Below, piece after piece: positions 50,248-61,594 of a stretch of DNA of 64,000 nucleotides. The notes under the pieces were generated by a model. That model was not told the origin of the DNA. It did no database searches and saw nothing but the letters and a program-made list of their open reading frames with translations. The stretch's first letter is position 1, and each line of letters opens with the position of its first letter. The translations under genes were made by a program, and so were the position numbers. Source of the DNA: Takakia lepidozioides (taxonomy: Eukaryota > Plantae > Bryophyta). The DNA is taken from NCBI GenBank assembly GCA_030704615.1, contig CM060731.1:25234001-25298000 (forward strand). Direction: 5' to 3'.

Positions 50248-50865
50248 TTAGTCTGGTGCTCTGCTCGCCGCTATGGTCAGTTTGCTGTCGAGTCTGGTGG
50301 ACACTCTCGTGTGCGGGGGGAACGGCATGTTGGCCCTTAGTCTAACATGAACAGGGCTAATCTGTCTTTCCACATCATCCTCAGGGGGGCTACGTTCTTC
50401 CACAAAGTCTTCGTCTTCGGAGTCGACACTCTCCACCTGCATGTTCACCTGCAAACTATAAGAGTATAGCCTTGTCCAAAATGTAACGTGTTGCATAAAA
50501 CAGGGAATCTCCAAATTGACCGTGCTAGTTTCCATACAGTAGTCCACCGTACATGTACAGTGGAGGGCCGTTCAACATTACCATTCTAAGGGCTTCATCC
50601 TAAGTTATGTCTGCAAGAAGTGAGGCGAGAGATGCACGTTACTCACCATGGGATAACCCAACAGTGGATCCCGGTCGTTGGCAAGCAAATGCAATTTGGC
50701 AGTTTCCACGAATTGGAGTCGACCTCCATGGCAGTCGTTGCAGGGACACTTTATCTTTGAAATACCCAGTCTAGTTGCACGTCGTTCCTCGATTTGCCAA
50801 AGTCCTGCGTCAGTGTGGGGCACCGCAGTGCGGCGCCGGGTGTTTCTAGTTCCGGCCTCTCTCAT
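50248..50865 (-). CDS. Small spliced gene with CACTA-type transposase-associated domain
   Basis: KIKCPCNDCHGGRLQFVETAKLHLLANDRDP matches the CPCxxC...HL pattern of Pfam Transpos_assoc; donor GTGAGT at ~50646; acidic downstream exon. Confidence 0.6.
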
Positions 50866-51091
50866 CCCCCACGAAACGCTTCTGGGTTTGGCTAGTTTTT
50901 GAAGTGGGAAGTCAGCGAGTGCTCGGATGTGGGGAACCTACGTTTGTGCTTGCAGGCGTTGGAGTATTCGTATGGCGGGTCCACCTCCCCTCTGTTTCCT
51001 ACATGCGCTCCTTCTGTTGTTTGATCAGTAGATCATGGTAGTCTTGTTTGAGGTCGATTACTGCGATTTGAGCGACGAGGAGGAACCCGCC

Positions 51092-54000
51092 ATGGCACGG
51101 ACATGCAAGGCCTCTACACCCGACACCCCTCCACGCACTGCCTACGAGGAAGAGCGAGAGAGGCGCATAGCGGCCAACAAAGAGACGTTGGCTCAGCTGA
51201 ACATTGGGAGCGTTGCGCGCAGGTGAGCAGATCACCCTTGTCCTTAGTATGCATGCTACACAGGTAGTGAGTAGGGGTTTCCCACCACATTAGCCTACTG
51301 TTTTTCCCTCCCATAGGTTTCATGGTGATGGCACTTTCACGATCGCCTTTTGTTTAGGGCAAGATTCACACAGGGTTTTGGAAATGTGTGCGCAACATAG
51401 CTAGGAGTGTACAACGGCCGACTAGGAGCTCCAAAGTTGTGTGGAACGGGCCTCCTCGACGAAGTGGGCGCTTGAAAGAACTAGCATTACCTTCGATGGC
51501 GGAGGAAGAGCCCGAGACTCCCCAGTCGGTGGGCTCTGAGGCAGAGGAACTCGACGAGCGTGATCAGGAGCTCGATGAGGATTACAACATAGATGACGAC
51601 GACGATTCGGAGGAGGAAATGCACGAGGACATAGAGGAGGACGAGGATGGAGATGATGTGGACAAGGTATCAGATTTGGAGAACTACATCAGTGGTGCAT
51701 GTGGACTGACCGAGCCTCCCAATGCAACGCATGCTCCGAGGGCACCAAAACGGCCAGCTCCTCTTCCACGAGAGGTAAGTGGGCATTTGCTGTACTGATT
51801 TCTTAGGTTTGTGGCAGGATTTGCATCTTCTTATTTGTTGTTCCTTTTGGTCCCAGCAGTTTTTTCCATTTTCCACTAGCAGGATGAAGCACCACTTTCT
51901 TGCCCTCTATACCTCATGATACAAGGGTTTATCTACTGTCTATTCCTTGGAACCCAAATCTGTTATTGAAGTCTTCTATACATTTTTCCATTTTGTGCCA
52001 TGAGAAATGCAACTCTGCAGATTGCTGACTCCCTCACAGGAGGTTCAAACTTGTGATGGCCTGTCTTAATACCCAAAAAGCGCAAAGGGGGTTGTGGGAG
52101 GGAGGGACCTGCACATGTAGGGGGCTGCATATTGTGGTGTCATGTTGCAACAAGAAAGAAATTGTAGTGGGAGAGGAGGAACCCCCAGGAGCACGATGGT
52201 AACCGCCTCATCAGCCAGCCATGTCCGAGAGGGGGCGCTCACGACTCTTCCTCCCCCATCTTCCTGCCCCCTCTATTGTCAAATGTTGATAATATGTGAA
52301 GCCATTATCAGCCATTATCATATTGTACTCTCATTGATATGTACGATGGTCATCGGGGCCAGATTGTGCCTACAAGGGATTCCCCAAAGAACCCCGAAAG
52401 AGGGTCGAAACATACAAGGAGGACTTTCCCAGTGACGTTTGGCGTGTTCAATGGATCAGACCTAAATGCATTTTGGGTGCGATTTCTGCTGCATTCGGTG
52501 TATGTATATTATAGAGCGCGTTTTTTGTTGATGTATCCTACATGATGTTCATGCTTTATCTTCCTACATAACTTTTTCCCACATGTTGATTTGCAGGATC
52601 CAGTGAGAAAGAAGAAGGGAGTTGCTCCGGCAGGTGTCTTCAACCATCCATCCCCACGTCTTCAACCAACCCCGGATGGAGGAGGCCCTCCCTCCTTTCC
52701 ACGTAACACTGGTGCGTTTTATCCCCTTGGCATTCAGAGGTATGCACAGTATGAACAATAGACTGCTCATGTTCCAGCCGCCCCTGAAATTCACCCGCCC
52801 TTTTCTCAGTCGTACCATGCAAACAACCCGTCAGGGGAGAACCGGTCATGTGCAGTTCCGTGTGGGGCATTTCCGCAAACTGGGGAAGCACAACATGCTC
52901 CTGTTCAGCATGGGCACTACCACGAAGGTGTGTGGTACCCTCACCCCATCCCTCCCCCACCTGCGCATCCTCCCCAGGCAACGTATCCCAGAAGCCCCAT
53001 GTATAGTGCGCCGTTGCATGGCCCTTATTCCAGGCAGCCCATAGCTTCACCCAATTGCAACGCTTCGCGGCCTCTTCAATTCCCAAGCTCACCAGCTCCG
53101 AGCACAGGTTATGTTCCTGCCCACCCCACACCCCACGTTGGTGCGTGGCAGGGTTCATGTCCGCCCGAAGGGCCCCATGTTGCAGGTTGTGAGGGAGGAG
53201 AGGAGGCCCGTGATTCCAATATGACTCCAGATGCGCAACATTTGACTGGCAAGGACAGAGCCAATTTTTTGCGCAAGGCGAGGAGAGTAGCACGGAGAGG
53301 GTTGAAGGAAACGTCTTGTGCAAATGTAGCTGCTGGGCAAAAGAGATTCATAGTTGCGTGTGGCAAAAAGGGCCCATGCGGGGATGCACGAATGACTGGC
53401 TGGCAGCCCTGCGAGGGCAATGCCAACGTGTGCTGGACTGTTCTGTGCCCATCCATCTTCAACCTCAAAGTCTGATTGACGAGGTGGGTGAACTATTAGC
53501 AGATGATTGGGAATATTTACCTCCTGGGATAACTGGCGCCCAACTTCGAACTGAGATTGGAGGCGTCATTAAATACCAGCGCATCAAACTGTTTAGAAAA
53601 GTGTACTCCCGTGGCAAACCTAAGCCCCACTATGTTGCGGACAAGACTTGGGCAGAACTTGTGAGGCATTGGAACACGCCCGAATGGCAAAAGAGTCGTG
53701 ATAATGGCAAGCATGCACGGGGGCATATTGGTGCCCCTTCGAGATCTGGACGCAGTGGCCTTAGCGGCGTTGAGGAACGTCTGGTAAATCTGCCTGTCTC
53801 ATGACATTGCCAATATATTCAGGTAGTGAGGTGTCTTGTCATTTGTATCTTACTCTTAGAGGATGGCACTAATATTCCCATATCCTGTCCATGTGTAGGC
53901 TAAGACAAGTGGTCGTCCTCCACTTCTATCCGAAATTTCGGGGAGCAAGAATAGCAAAGGGGTATGGTTCTGATTCAGCAGGGGCCACCCGATCTGTAAG

Positions 54001-55354
54001 TAACTAACCCACCTGCATTTTTTGCAATGATGTGCTTGTCAATTATTTATGGTTTTGCCTTCATGTGTTGTTGTCCAATAAATTACCTCGCATGGCTAGT
54101 GCGATAGATGTATTGAATCGTATTTGCACTCTTTTTGTGGCAGGGCCTTGGAGCATTGGCTTCTCGGCTTGATGGCTTGGAAGGATGGAAACATACAATG
54201 GAGGCCAGCTCAATGGAGCACAAATTGGAATTGCAGGTAGTGAAATCCATGTTTGCCACTGCAGTATCTAAGACAGACAAGTTCAACATGGCATTGGCAG
54301 CGAAGCTCGGTTTGGACCTGCCGAGGGATGAATCTCCATCAACATCAAACATTGTGTGTGAGTTGTCGCTCCCTGTTCATGGTGTTTTCCCACCTGCGAC
54401 TACTGTGGAAATGACAAGTACAGGTGAGCAGCCTCCTAGCAGTGGAGGCAGTGGACAAAGGAAAGGGGGCAGTATTGTGGAAGAAGATGCCACAGGTGAG
54501 GACAAAGTTCAGAACATGGCATGTGACGATCCTTGCCTTAATTATGGTGCCAATGATGACCTATCCCCCCTTATTGAGAAGGGAGTGCCTGTACTGGAGG
54601 ATCACACCGGCAGTGAACTTAGACAGAGTGCCCAAGACATAGGGGCAGGGGCTAAGGGCACAGGAGTGGTTATTGTTGGGGCAGGGAAGAACATTGATTC
54701 AACAACAAAATTGCCCGTTGTACGGAAGGTAAGTACTCGTGTTCCTATATTCTTGTGCTGTTCCAAGTCGATTATGCAATACCTGCAGGCCGTTCATGAC
54801 TTCTGTGTACATGTGTGGGTTTCTATTGATTCAGAAGCCACCAAAGGAAATTGTTGCGGTGAATATGAGGAAGAAGTCCACAAGACTTGCTGCCAGCAAC
54901 GTTGATGGGAGCCGTATGGGAAGCTTCAAAGCGTCGGCACCTATTGTAAGTTTTCCTTCGTGGAAGTACATCCGTATTTTGTTTGTAGGGCTATATGATG
55001 GCATCTCGCGTTTTCCCTGTCCATAACTGTTGCATGTGCATAACAAATGACAAGGGCACACATTGGTGGTGTTGGCTGTCCCAGTTTCAGGTTGGTGACA
55101 AGGTCACAATGTTTGACCCCAATGCACCCAAACGGAAGGCAGGTGTGGGCCATATATTGGGCATGTCGACTGACTGGCTGGCTTATGTCGTTCATGCCGA
55201 TTATCATGTTGTCTCGGTTGAATCAGTACATGGGGCAGATGTTGCTCTACCATACCCCAACAATGATGTTAGGCCTCCCATTGTGATGCTCAGTGACACT
55301 GTAGGCAGCACGGCCCTGTGGTCTGCCAAGTTCCTCAAACTGACCCAAACATGA
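51092..55354 (+). pseudogene. CACTA TnpA-like gene (Ptta/En/Spm Transposase_24-like core and Tnp1/En/Spm-like C-terminal domain), multi-exon, frameshifted
   Basis: YEEERERRIAANKETLAQLNI N-terminus, acidic and Pro-rich tracts, KPHYVADKTWAELVRHWNTPEWQKSRDNGKHAR..GRSG, C-terminal VSVESVHGADVALPYPN..LSDTVGSTALW. Confidence 0.7.
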
Positions 55355-55929
55355 GGTTGTGGGGGATCCTCAATTTGAAGGCAATTTTGACTGAACGCCA
55401 CTTCATATCGATTTCACCTTTTTTTCGTTATTGTGCGCATCAATGTAGGATTTGGGTACATTGTGGGGTTGTGATCAGCAGTGCAGACTCTGCAATACTT
55501 GCATGTTCAGACTAAACTTTATTTGGGCAATGAAGGGCGCACCCAACTTTGAAGCACCCTTGCATTTGGTCATTCTTTCTGTTGTTCTGGCCATGCTTAG
55601 TCAATTGTACATGTCATGAGCAGGTTGTTGCCGCAGTGCTTTGGAATTGTGTTTATGTATATGAGTCATATTTCACATGGACTGTGAAACTGACAGTGTG
55701 GACAGTATCACGATTTGTGATATGATCATGATGCCTATGGAATAATTGTGTACACCATGACGTCACAAATATGTGAAATCAACCGTAGCTTGCCTGTGGC
55801 ATCTTCCACATTTTTGTGGAATGACCTACAACATCAGCAGTAGAATATTTCAGACCCACTATGATATGCTCCTGTGGCTATGTGGAATGACCTACAGTAT
55901 AGGCAGTAAAATACTACACACCCACTCCA

Positions 55930-56400
55930 TGCAGATTACGCCACGTGCCGTCCTCTCCAGAATACACGCGTTGCCCATACCGTTGCCCACATGTCGTCAA
56001 GCCCAGGTAACAGGGTGTCGCATCATTTTCCCATAGGTGTGGACAAGTCCACACCCTTTGTACGTTTAGGATCCACGTGGCGGTGTTTGCCACGGAACAC
56101 GTGGCCCCCAAACTTGCTGAAGCTGTGAAAACAGCCAGTGGATGGTCTCACACCGAATGGCTTTTTTCATACCCACATGCCACGCCAGATGTCCGCTCCA
56201 CATAAGTGCACATCGCCTCTTTGTCTCCATACACGTGTCATCCCCACAAAAATACACGTGTTGCACACACCGTTGCCCAGATGTCGTGAAACCCTGGTGA
56301 CAGGCAGTCGCATGGTTTTCCCGTAGGTGTGGACAAGTCCACACCTTTGTACATCTACAATCCACGTGGCGGTGTTCGCCAAAGCACACGTTGCTCGTGG
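55930..56400 (+). repeat. ~300-bp direct duplication rich in CCAC/CGTG
   Basis: CCGTTGCCCA.ATGTCGT...TAGGTGTGGACAAGTCCACAC...ATCCACGTGGCGGTGTT occurs twice. Confidence 0.75.
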
Positions 56401-56502
56401 AAAAAGCCATGAACCCCGTGAAAAAGGCCACCCGTGGACTTTTCCACAGGGCCACCCGAGAGCCAGGCCGTCCACGGGGTGTCCGAAAGCACTCGTCGTT
56501 TC

Positions 56503-57207
56503 TTACACCCACGGCAGGTGTGGCCTGGGGCGGATTCCACAGAAAAAAGTGTGAAAAAAACCGTGGAAAAAGCCATTTTTTCTTCTAGTGGTCTGCGTCT
56601 GCTGCGTAGACCGTCTCCCTGACACAACCCGTGACACTTCCCGACTGCCTTGGGGACGAGTCTGCTGTTGAGATTTCGCCCTCGCCTCCCGAGCAGACCT
56701 TGTAGCCTTTTCTTTTTTTTTCTTCTGGGCCCCATCACTAAGTTTCCTTTTTCTGGGAGCCACAGGCGATGGCGATGTCAGGTCATGCACATCTTGCATT
56801 GAAATATCCGAACCCACCCCATACCGTGCGCGCACCTCCGCCAAAGTGCGGGCCTTTGGGTTTGCGCCACGGAGTCTGGCGGTGGCCGCATTCACCACCC
56901 TCATTGAACTTTGAACTGGCCACGGCTTGAAGCCAGGTGGGATATAGCGCTTGTTTTTGCAACCCGTGTCAACACAATGGCGGTTTAGCTGCACTTTGTC
57001 CTTGATAATTTCACTACAGAAGGGACAGTGGAGCTTATCCTTCTGCCAGTTGGAGTCTGCAGGCTTGATTGCGCGGAGGTCTAAGAATGCTTCAACTATT
57101 TTCGCATCATACTCCTCAGGTGAGTACCAGTACCTTCGCTCCTTTATCTTGGACTTGTGCATGAAATGCAACCAGTCTGCTCCACCCTTTGCACAAACAT
57201 CCTCCAT
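56503..57207 (-). CDS. MULE-2 accessory C2HC zinc-finger protein with basic NLS-like tail (open ORF)
   Basis: CPFCSEIIKDKVQLNRHCVDTGC; PRKRK..KKKKEK; homologous to MULE-1 14340-14617. Confidence 0.7.
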   Translation of the reverse strand: MEDVCAKGGADWLHFMHKSKIKERRYWYSPEEYDAKIVEAFLDLRAIKPADSNWQKDKLHCPFCSEIIKDKVQLNRHCVDTGCKNKRYIPPGFKPWPVQSSMRVVNAATARLRGANPKARTLAEVRARYGVGSDISMQDVHDLTSPSPVAPRKRKLSDGAQKKKKEKATRSAREARAKSQQQTRPQGSREVSRVVSGRRSTQQTQTTRRKNGFFHGFFHTFFCGIRPRPHLPWV

Positions 57208-57569
57208 GGCTGCAGAATCAGATAAGAGCTGCAGCGGCAATGAGCGACAGACAGACTAAGAATAAGAAAGCAGAGAAGAGCGGAAAAGAGAATGGAAAGA
57301 AACCAAAGCACAAAGCACAAAGAGGAAAGCTCACCAGGCAACAGGCGACGGTTGTTGCGACGATTCGGTGCTCACGCGACTGTCCTCGCCTCGAAAACCT
57401 AACACGCACAAAGGACCAATGGGAGGTGGATAGTGCGAAAGAAGTCTAGTGGGAAGTGGACCCTGCATGTGCGGAGTGACGTGGCGAGATTTCACCGGTG
57501 CCCCTTTTTGGCCGCCATCGCATTAATTAGTTGCAGACCCCTCACACGTGCTGGCGGTATGCCACTGCA

Positions 57570-58400
57570 CGGACAGACTCGTATGCCACTGCACTGACAG
57601 TCTAGCAGACGGGATGAGTAGGACTATCGTCAGTCTGCCGTCGTCGCATTCATCAAGTCCAGCAGACTTACTCCTGATGACAAAGACGGCCGAGCAGACC
57701 CAGTACCCTCCACAACAGACTCATATGCCACCGCAAGGACAGACTGACGACTGAGGTTAAGCGGATTGACGAAGAGACTAAGGCGAGTGCGGAGTTTGGT
57801 GCGGAGTCTGATGACATGCCGCGACGTGACTGGGCCTTCTTACTGCCGTCACTACTTTATTGCGTCCAGCAGACTTAAACCTAATGACAAAACAGACCCA
57901 CTGCAAACAAACTTGCGCAACAATAGACTCGTATGCTACTGCACGGATAGTCCAGCAGACGAAAGGTTCAACAGACTGACGAAGAGACTGACGCAGAGTA
58001 ATTTGCGCGACAACAGACTGATTTCTAACAGACTAATATCCCAAAAGACAAAGTATCCCCTAGGCGGCCGGGTGATACGGGAGTAAACCGTAAACCGCGT
58101 CCAGCAGACTTACACGTGATAATAATCACGGCTCAACAGACCCAGCAGACTCACGACAATGTGGATAATTAAAAGGTAGTAGTTAAACGGACTCATATCC
58201 GAAGAGACGGACTTCCAGCTGACCAACGGTTCAACAGACTGACGAGAGAAGAGACTTCGGGGATAAGACGAGAGAAGACACTTTAGAATTCGGCAGGCAG
58301 TGACGGCCCAGTAGTCCAGTGAAGAACAGACTCACGCCACACCAGACTTGTATCATTACAGACCAACAGACCAGCAAACCAGACTGATATCCCATTAGAA
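57570..58400 (-). repeat. CAGACT/GACT-rich degenerate array (AGTC motif on minus strand)
   Basis: Many CAGACT/CAGACC copies; partial repeats such as AGACTCGTATGC.ACTGCAC and GTCCAGCAGACTTA. Confidence 0.7.
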
Positions 58401-59191
58401 CCACGCTTGGCGTCGCCGTCATGCCGTGATTGCATTTCATCCGTCCAATAGACTTGCATATGCCAATACTCATGGCACAACACACTGCTTAGAGAAAGTA
58501 CTGACAAAAACGCAGTCGAAGAGCCTGTTAATCCACGTGCATTTGCAGTCGTAAGGACCTCGAACATCCACAAGCAACGTGAATCCACATCTCTCAGGCT
58601 ACGTCTCCTTTCCCAGTGTCCAGTTTTCAAGGAGACGGTAGTGGTTGAGATGTGATGTTTCAGGAGGTGCATCTAGATGTTTGAGGACCTTCGGACTGGA
58701 TCCTGTTCCGTTCACACTCTCCGCAGTTCCCAGACATGTGGTGGCAGAGACGTCCTCCCCTGAACAGTCTCATCGGTGGACATAAATTCTGCAATGTATA
58801 CATGCCCCCACGTGCATATGCTTCCGTGATTTCCGCTATCGTGTTACCAATGGTTTCCTGCTCCATACGAAGGAGCTCGGACTTGGAGACACACCACAAA
58901 CCATAAACGCATGCAATTTTTCCACATATCGTCCTAAAAAATAAGCACGTCAACACAAAACAAAGGCAAAAATAGTGGAAGCATATGCACGATGGTGGCT
59001 GTAGAGCCCCGCCAGCCCTCTCATGTTCAGGCACACCCTTCATCGTCATTAAAATCGCCATAAACAAGAACAACAGCCGCATGCGTACAAAGTCACCTCC
59101 GCAACATTGGACAACAAAGAGCCGCAAGAAGAGACAACAAGAACGAGTGGGCGAGTTCGTGGCAGGGTGTTACGATCTTCCATGCCCTAAA

Positions 59192-59615
59192 CATGGATGG
59201 CGCGGATGGGTTTCTCAGAATGGACGATCCAGATCCTTTGCCCGGCGTGGACTGACAGACTGGGGGGCAGCAGACGGGCACAGCGGACTGTTGGGTGGAC
59301 TTGTGGGGACTGGCACAATGGACTGGCATGCACAGCAGACTGGCCGGCAGACTGGCAGTTTGGCGGACTGAGGGGAACTGGGACCACGGGCAGCGGACTG
59401 GCGGGCGGACTGGCCGCGCCGGACTTGGGGCGCGGCAAAGCGCGGGCAGGGCTGCCGCAGGCGCGGCTGGTGGGGCCGCAGCTGCAGGTGGGCGACCGCG
59501 CGCAACGGCGGGGGGGGGGGGGTCCGGGTGGGGGGAGCCGGGCGTCCGTGCGCGGGGCCCACCGGTCAGCTCGCGCGTGCGCCATAACGTCCCAATTATT
59601 GTTAAAATGAGAGGC
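59192..59615 (-). repeat. MULE-2 right TIR
   Basis: Inverted copy of 45321-45721. Confidence 0.92.
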
Positions 59616-60212
59616 TATCAATAATGGTATCAATACAATTATTTTTTATTTTTATTTATTTTTAAACTGAAAAATAAAAATCTGTCCAAATTATACTGCT
59701 GAGGTGATCATTTCAGCGGCTGAAGTGATCACCCCAGCGGCTGAGTGCCGCAATTCATAACAACAAAGAGCTGGATCTCACCTTAGGTAATTTGAGGTCA
59801 CCTTATAAGAGCCATATTACAGGCTGATAAATGAGACAATGGTCCAAGCCTAAGCAGATTTTTGAATGGCAAAATCAGAGCCCCCAAAATCGCCATTCAG
59901 ATCATCTCAATCAAAGAGCCACAACTCTCCATTGCTGCACCCTAAATCCCTAATGCTCCACATATTGATACCTAGGGTGCAAGCGACAGCGGAAGACATA
60001 GTATTGGTATCAACAAAGTTGCGTTCCTTGCAATACCAGGTTGGTTTGGTAGGAGCCCAGGTATTAGCGTTATACTATATTGCCCCCAATATGTTCTGCC
60101 TGGGGTATTGCCAGTTGCTTATACCCGCCTGGTCTGGTACCCTGCTGCGATACCCTTACCCGCGCTGATACCCCGCCTCACCCCCATATACCGGTCCAAC
60201 ACTGGTTTCAAC

Positions 60213-60453
60213 GCCTTGCAGCCGTCTCAGGGAGGAATGATATATTGCGTTAGAAAATAGAGTTCCCGATAATCCTATTCCTTGTCGGCCTGTGGTTCCA
60301 CCAATAGTTTCTTCTTCTAGTGCTTCGTCTGCTCGTGCGGTGCACAATGTTTCCTCTTCTTCTAGTGGAGAACGTTGCTCAGGTTGATCCGCTCGTCGGG
60401 TGCAATATATCCCTGTTCATGTTCCAGATACAGTTCCATTTCACGTATTTTAA
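60213..60453 (+). pseudogene. 3' remainder of the Replitron ORF
   Basis: Joining across the GTTTCAAC TSD reads ..IVFDVST|PCSRLREE*YIALENRVPDNP..VQYIPVHVPDTVPFHVF*. Confidence 0.55.
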
Positions 60454-61460
60454 ATTCTGTACAAAGCTACTTGTACAAATTTGTATTTTAATCTTTGTGA
60501 ATACAACATGCCACTTTCGCTTTTCTGGACCAATGGATGATTTTGTATTCCACTTCCCTCCAACATTCATTTTTGCACCATCAAAAGTTAAAAAAAAACA
60601 GCCATATATAAGGGACTTAAGCAATTCCGGTGATGGGTAGGCCATACATATGTAGGGTGGGAAAGTCCAAAATCGCCTCAAATGAGGGGTGGGCCGAACC
60701 TAGGGCGGGTGTTTGATAGGGTTAAGTGGGCATCCATGAAAGCAGGGCCAGGCAGAGCTCCTCCAAAACCCGGTAAACTTGTGATGGGCTATGGCTCCAA
60801 ATATCCTAGGCCTGCAGGCTATAACATAGGTGTGCCATATGAAGTCTTGGGCAAGGAACCTATAAATGCAATGCCATTGTCTGATTGGTCCCAAATTGTC
60901 TTGGGGACTTCATATGGATGCCCATAACACTTCAACCGGAGGGATTACAAATTGAACGGCTGTTTTTTCAAAATTCTAGGAAGAGACATTTTGGCCTGCC
61001 CAAAGAAAAAGGAATAAAAACATACCAGAAAAGACTGAAAATTTCAGAGAATGTATGTTATCAGGTATGGAACATCATTCTTGAGATCACCGTAGTCAGT
61101 GATTTTTTTTTTAACAAAGGGAAATACCTGGGAGCGAATGCTCGCAAATCAGGCCCCTAAATTACAGTGTGACGAAAAAATAACCTCTTTCAGAGTAACC
61201 TTGCCGTGAAGGCTTTTGCATGGGACACCGCCCAAGGCCGCCAAAGGGAAGGGGGAGAAGAACATACCACAACCATCAAGTTAGCAAGATTTGACCCCAA
61301 AATCATGTGGGTGCACTATCCAACTGAACTACTGACTGTTGGTGTGAATTTAAAGGAACTCGACATTTTCTGAAAGAAGTTAAAGTTTTATGGAAATTTT
61401 CAAATATCGGCCGAATATATAAACTTCAGACCTTGTCAACCGTCGATTTCGAGCCCTAAT

Positions 61461-61468
61461 TAGGGTTT
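61461..61468 (-). promoter_or_regulatory. Telo-box (AAACCCTA) upstream of RPL5
   Basis: TAGGGTTT ~130 bp before the ATG; typical of plant ribosomal-protein promoters. Confidence 0.65.
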
Positions 61469-61594
61469 GAGATGGACAATATGATTTGAGATGGCGGGCA
61501 GCGGCCGAGGCCTCCAAGCGGGGCATCTAAACCAGCCTCTGCAATTTGACTAGCCCTTTCTCTGCCGTGCGTGTGCTGGAGTTCCTCCGCAGTG

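Larger units (their letters stand above)
45321..59615 (+). mobile_element. MULE-2: 14.3-kb multi-gene Mutator-like element with ~400-bp GC-rich TIRs and 9-bp TSD
   Basis: GCCTCTCATTTT...AAAATGAGAGGC termini; TSD TATCAATAA at 45312-45320 and 59616-59624; MULE transposase inside. Confidence 0.95.
45112..60204. mobile_element. Non-autonomous hAT-type element (~790 bp without insert) hosting MULE-2
   Basis: TIR CAGTGTTGGACC / GGTCCAACACTG; perfect 8-bp TSD GTTTCAAC at 45104-45111 and 60205-60212; GGTAT/ATACC subterminal motifs. Confidence 0.9.

Noticed and set aside
58283-59127. Additional minus-strand gene near the right TIR of MULE-2
   Set aside because: Cys/His-containing ORF pieces, but no recognisable domain or consistent frame; cannot be supported
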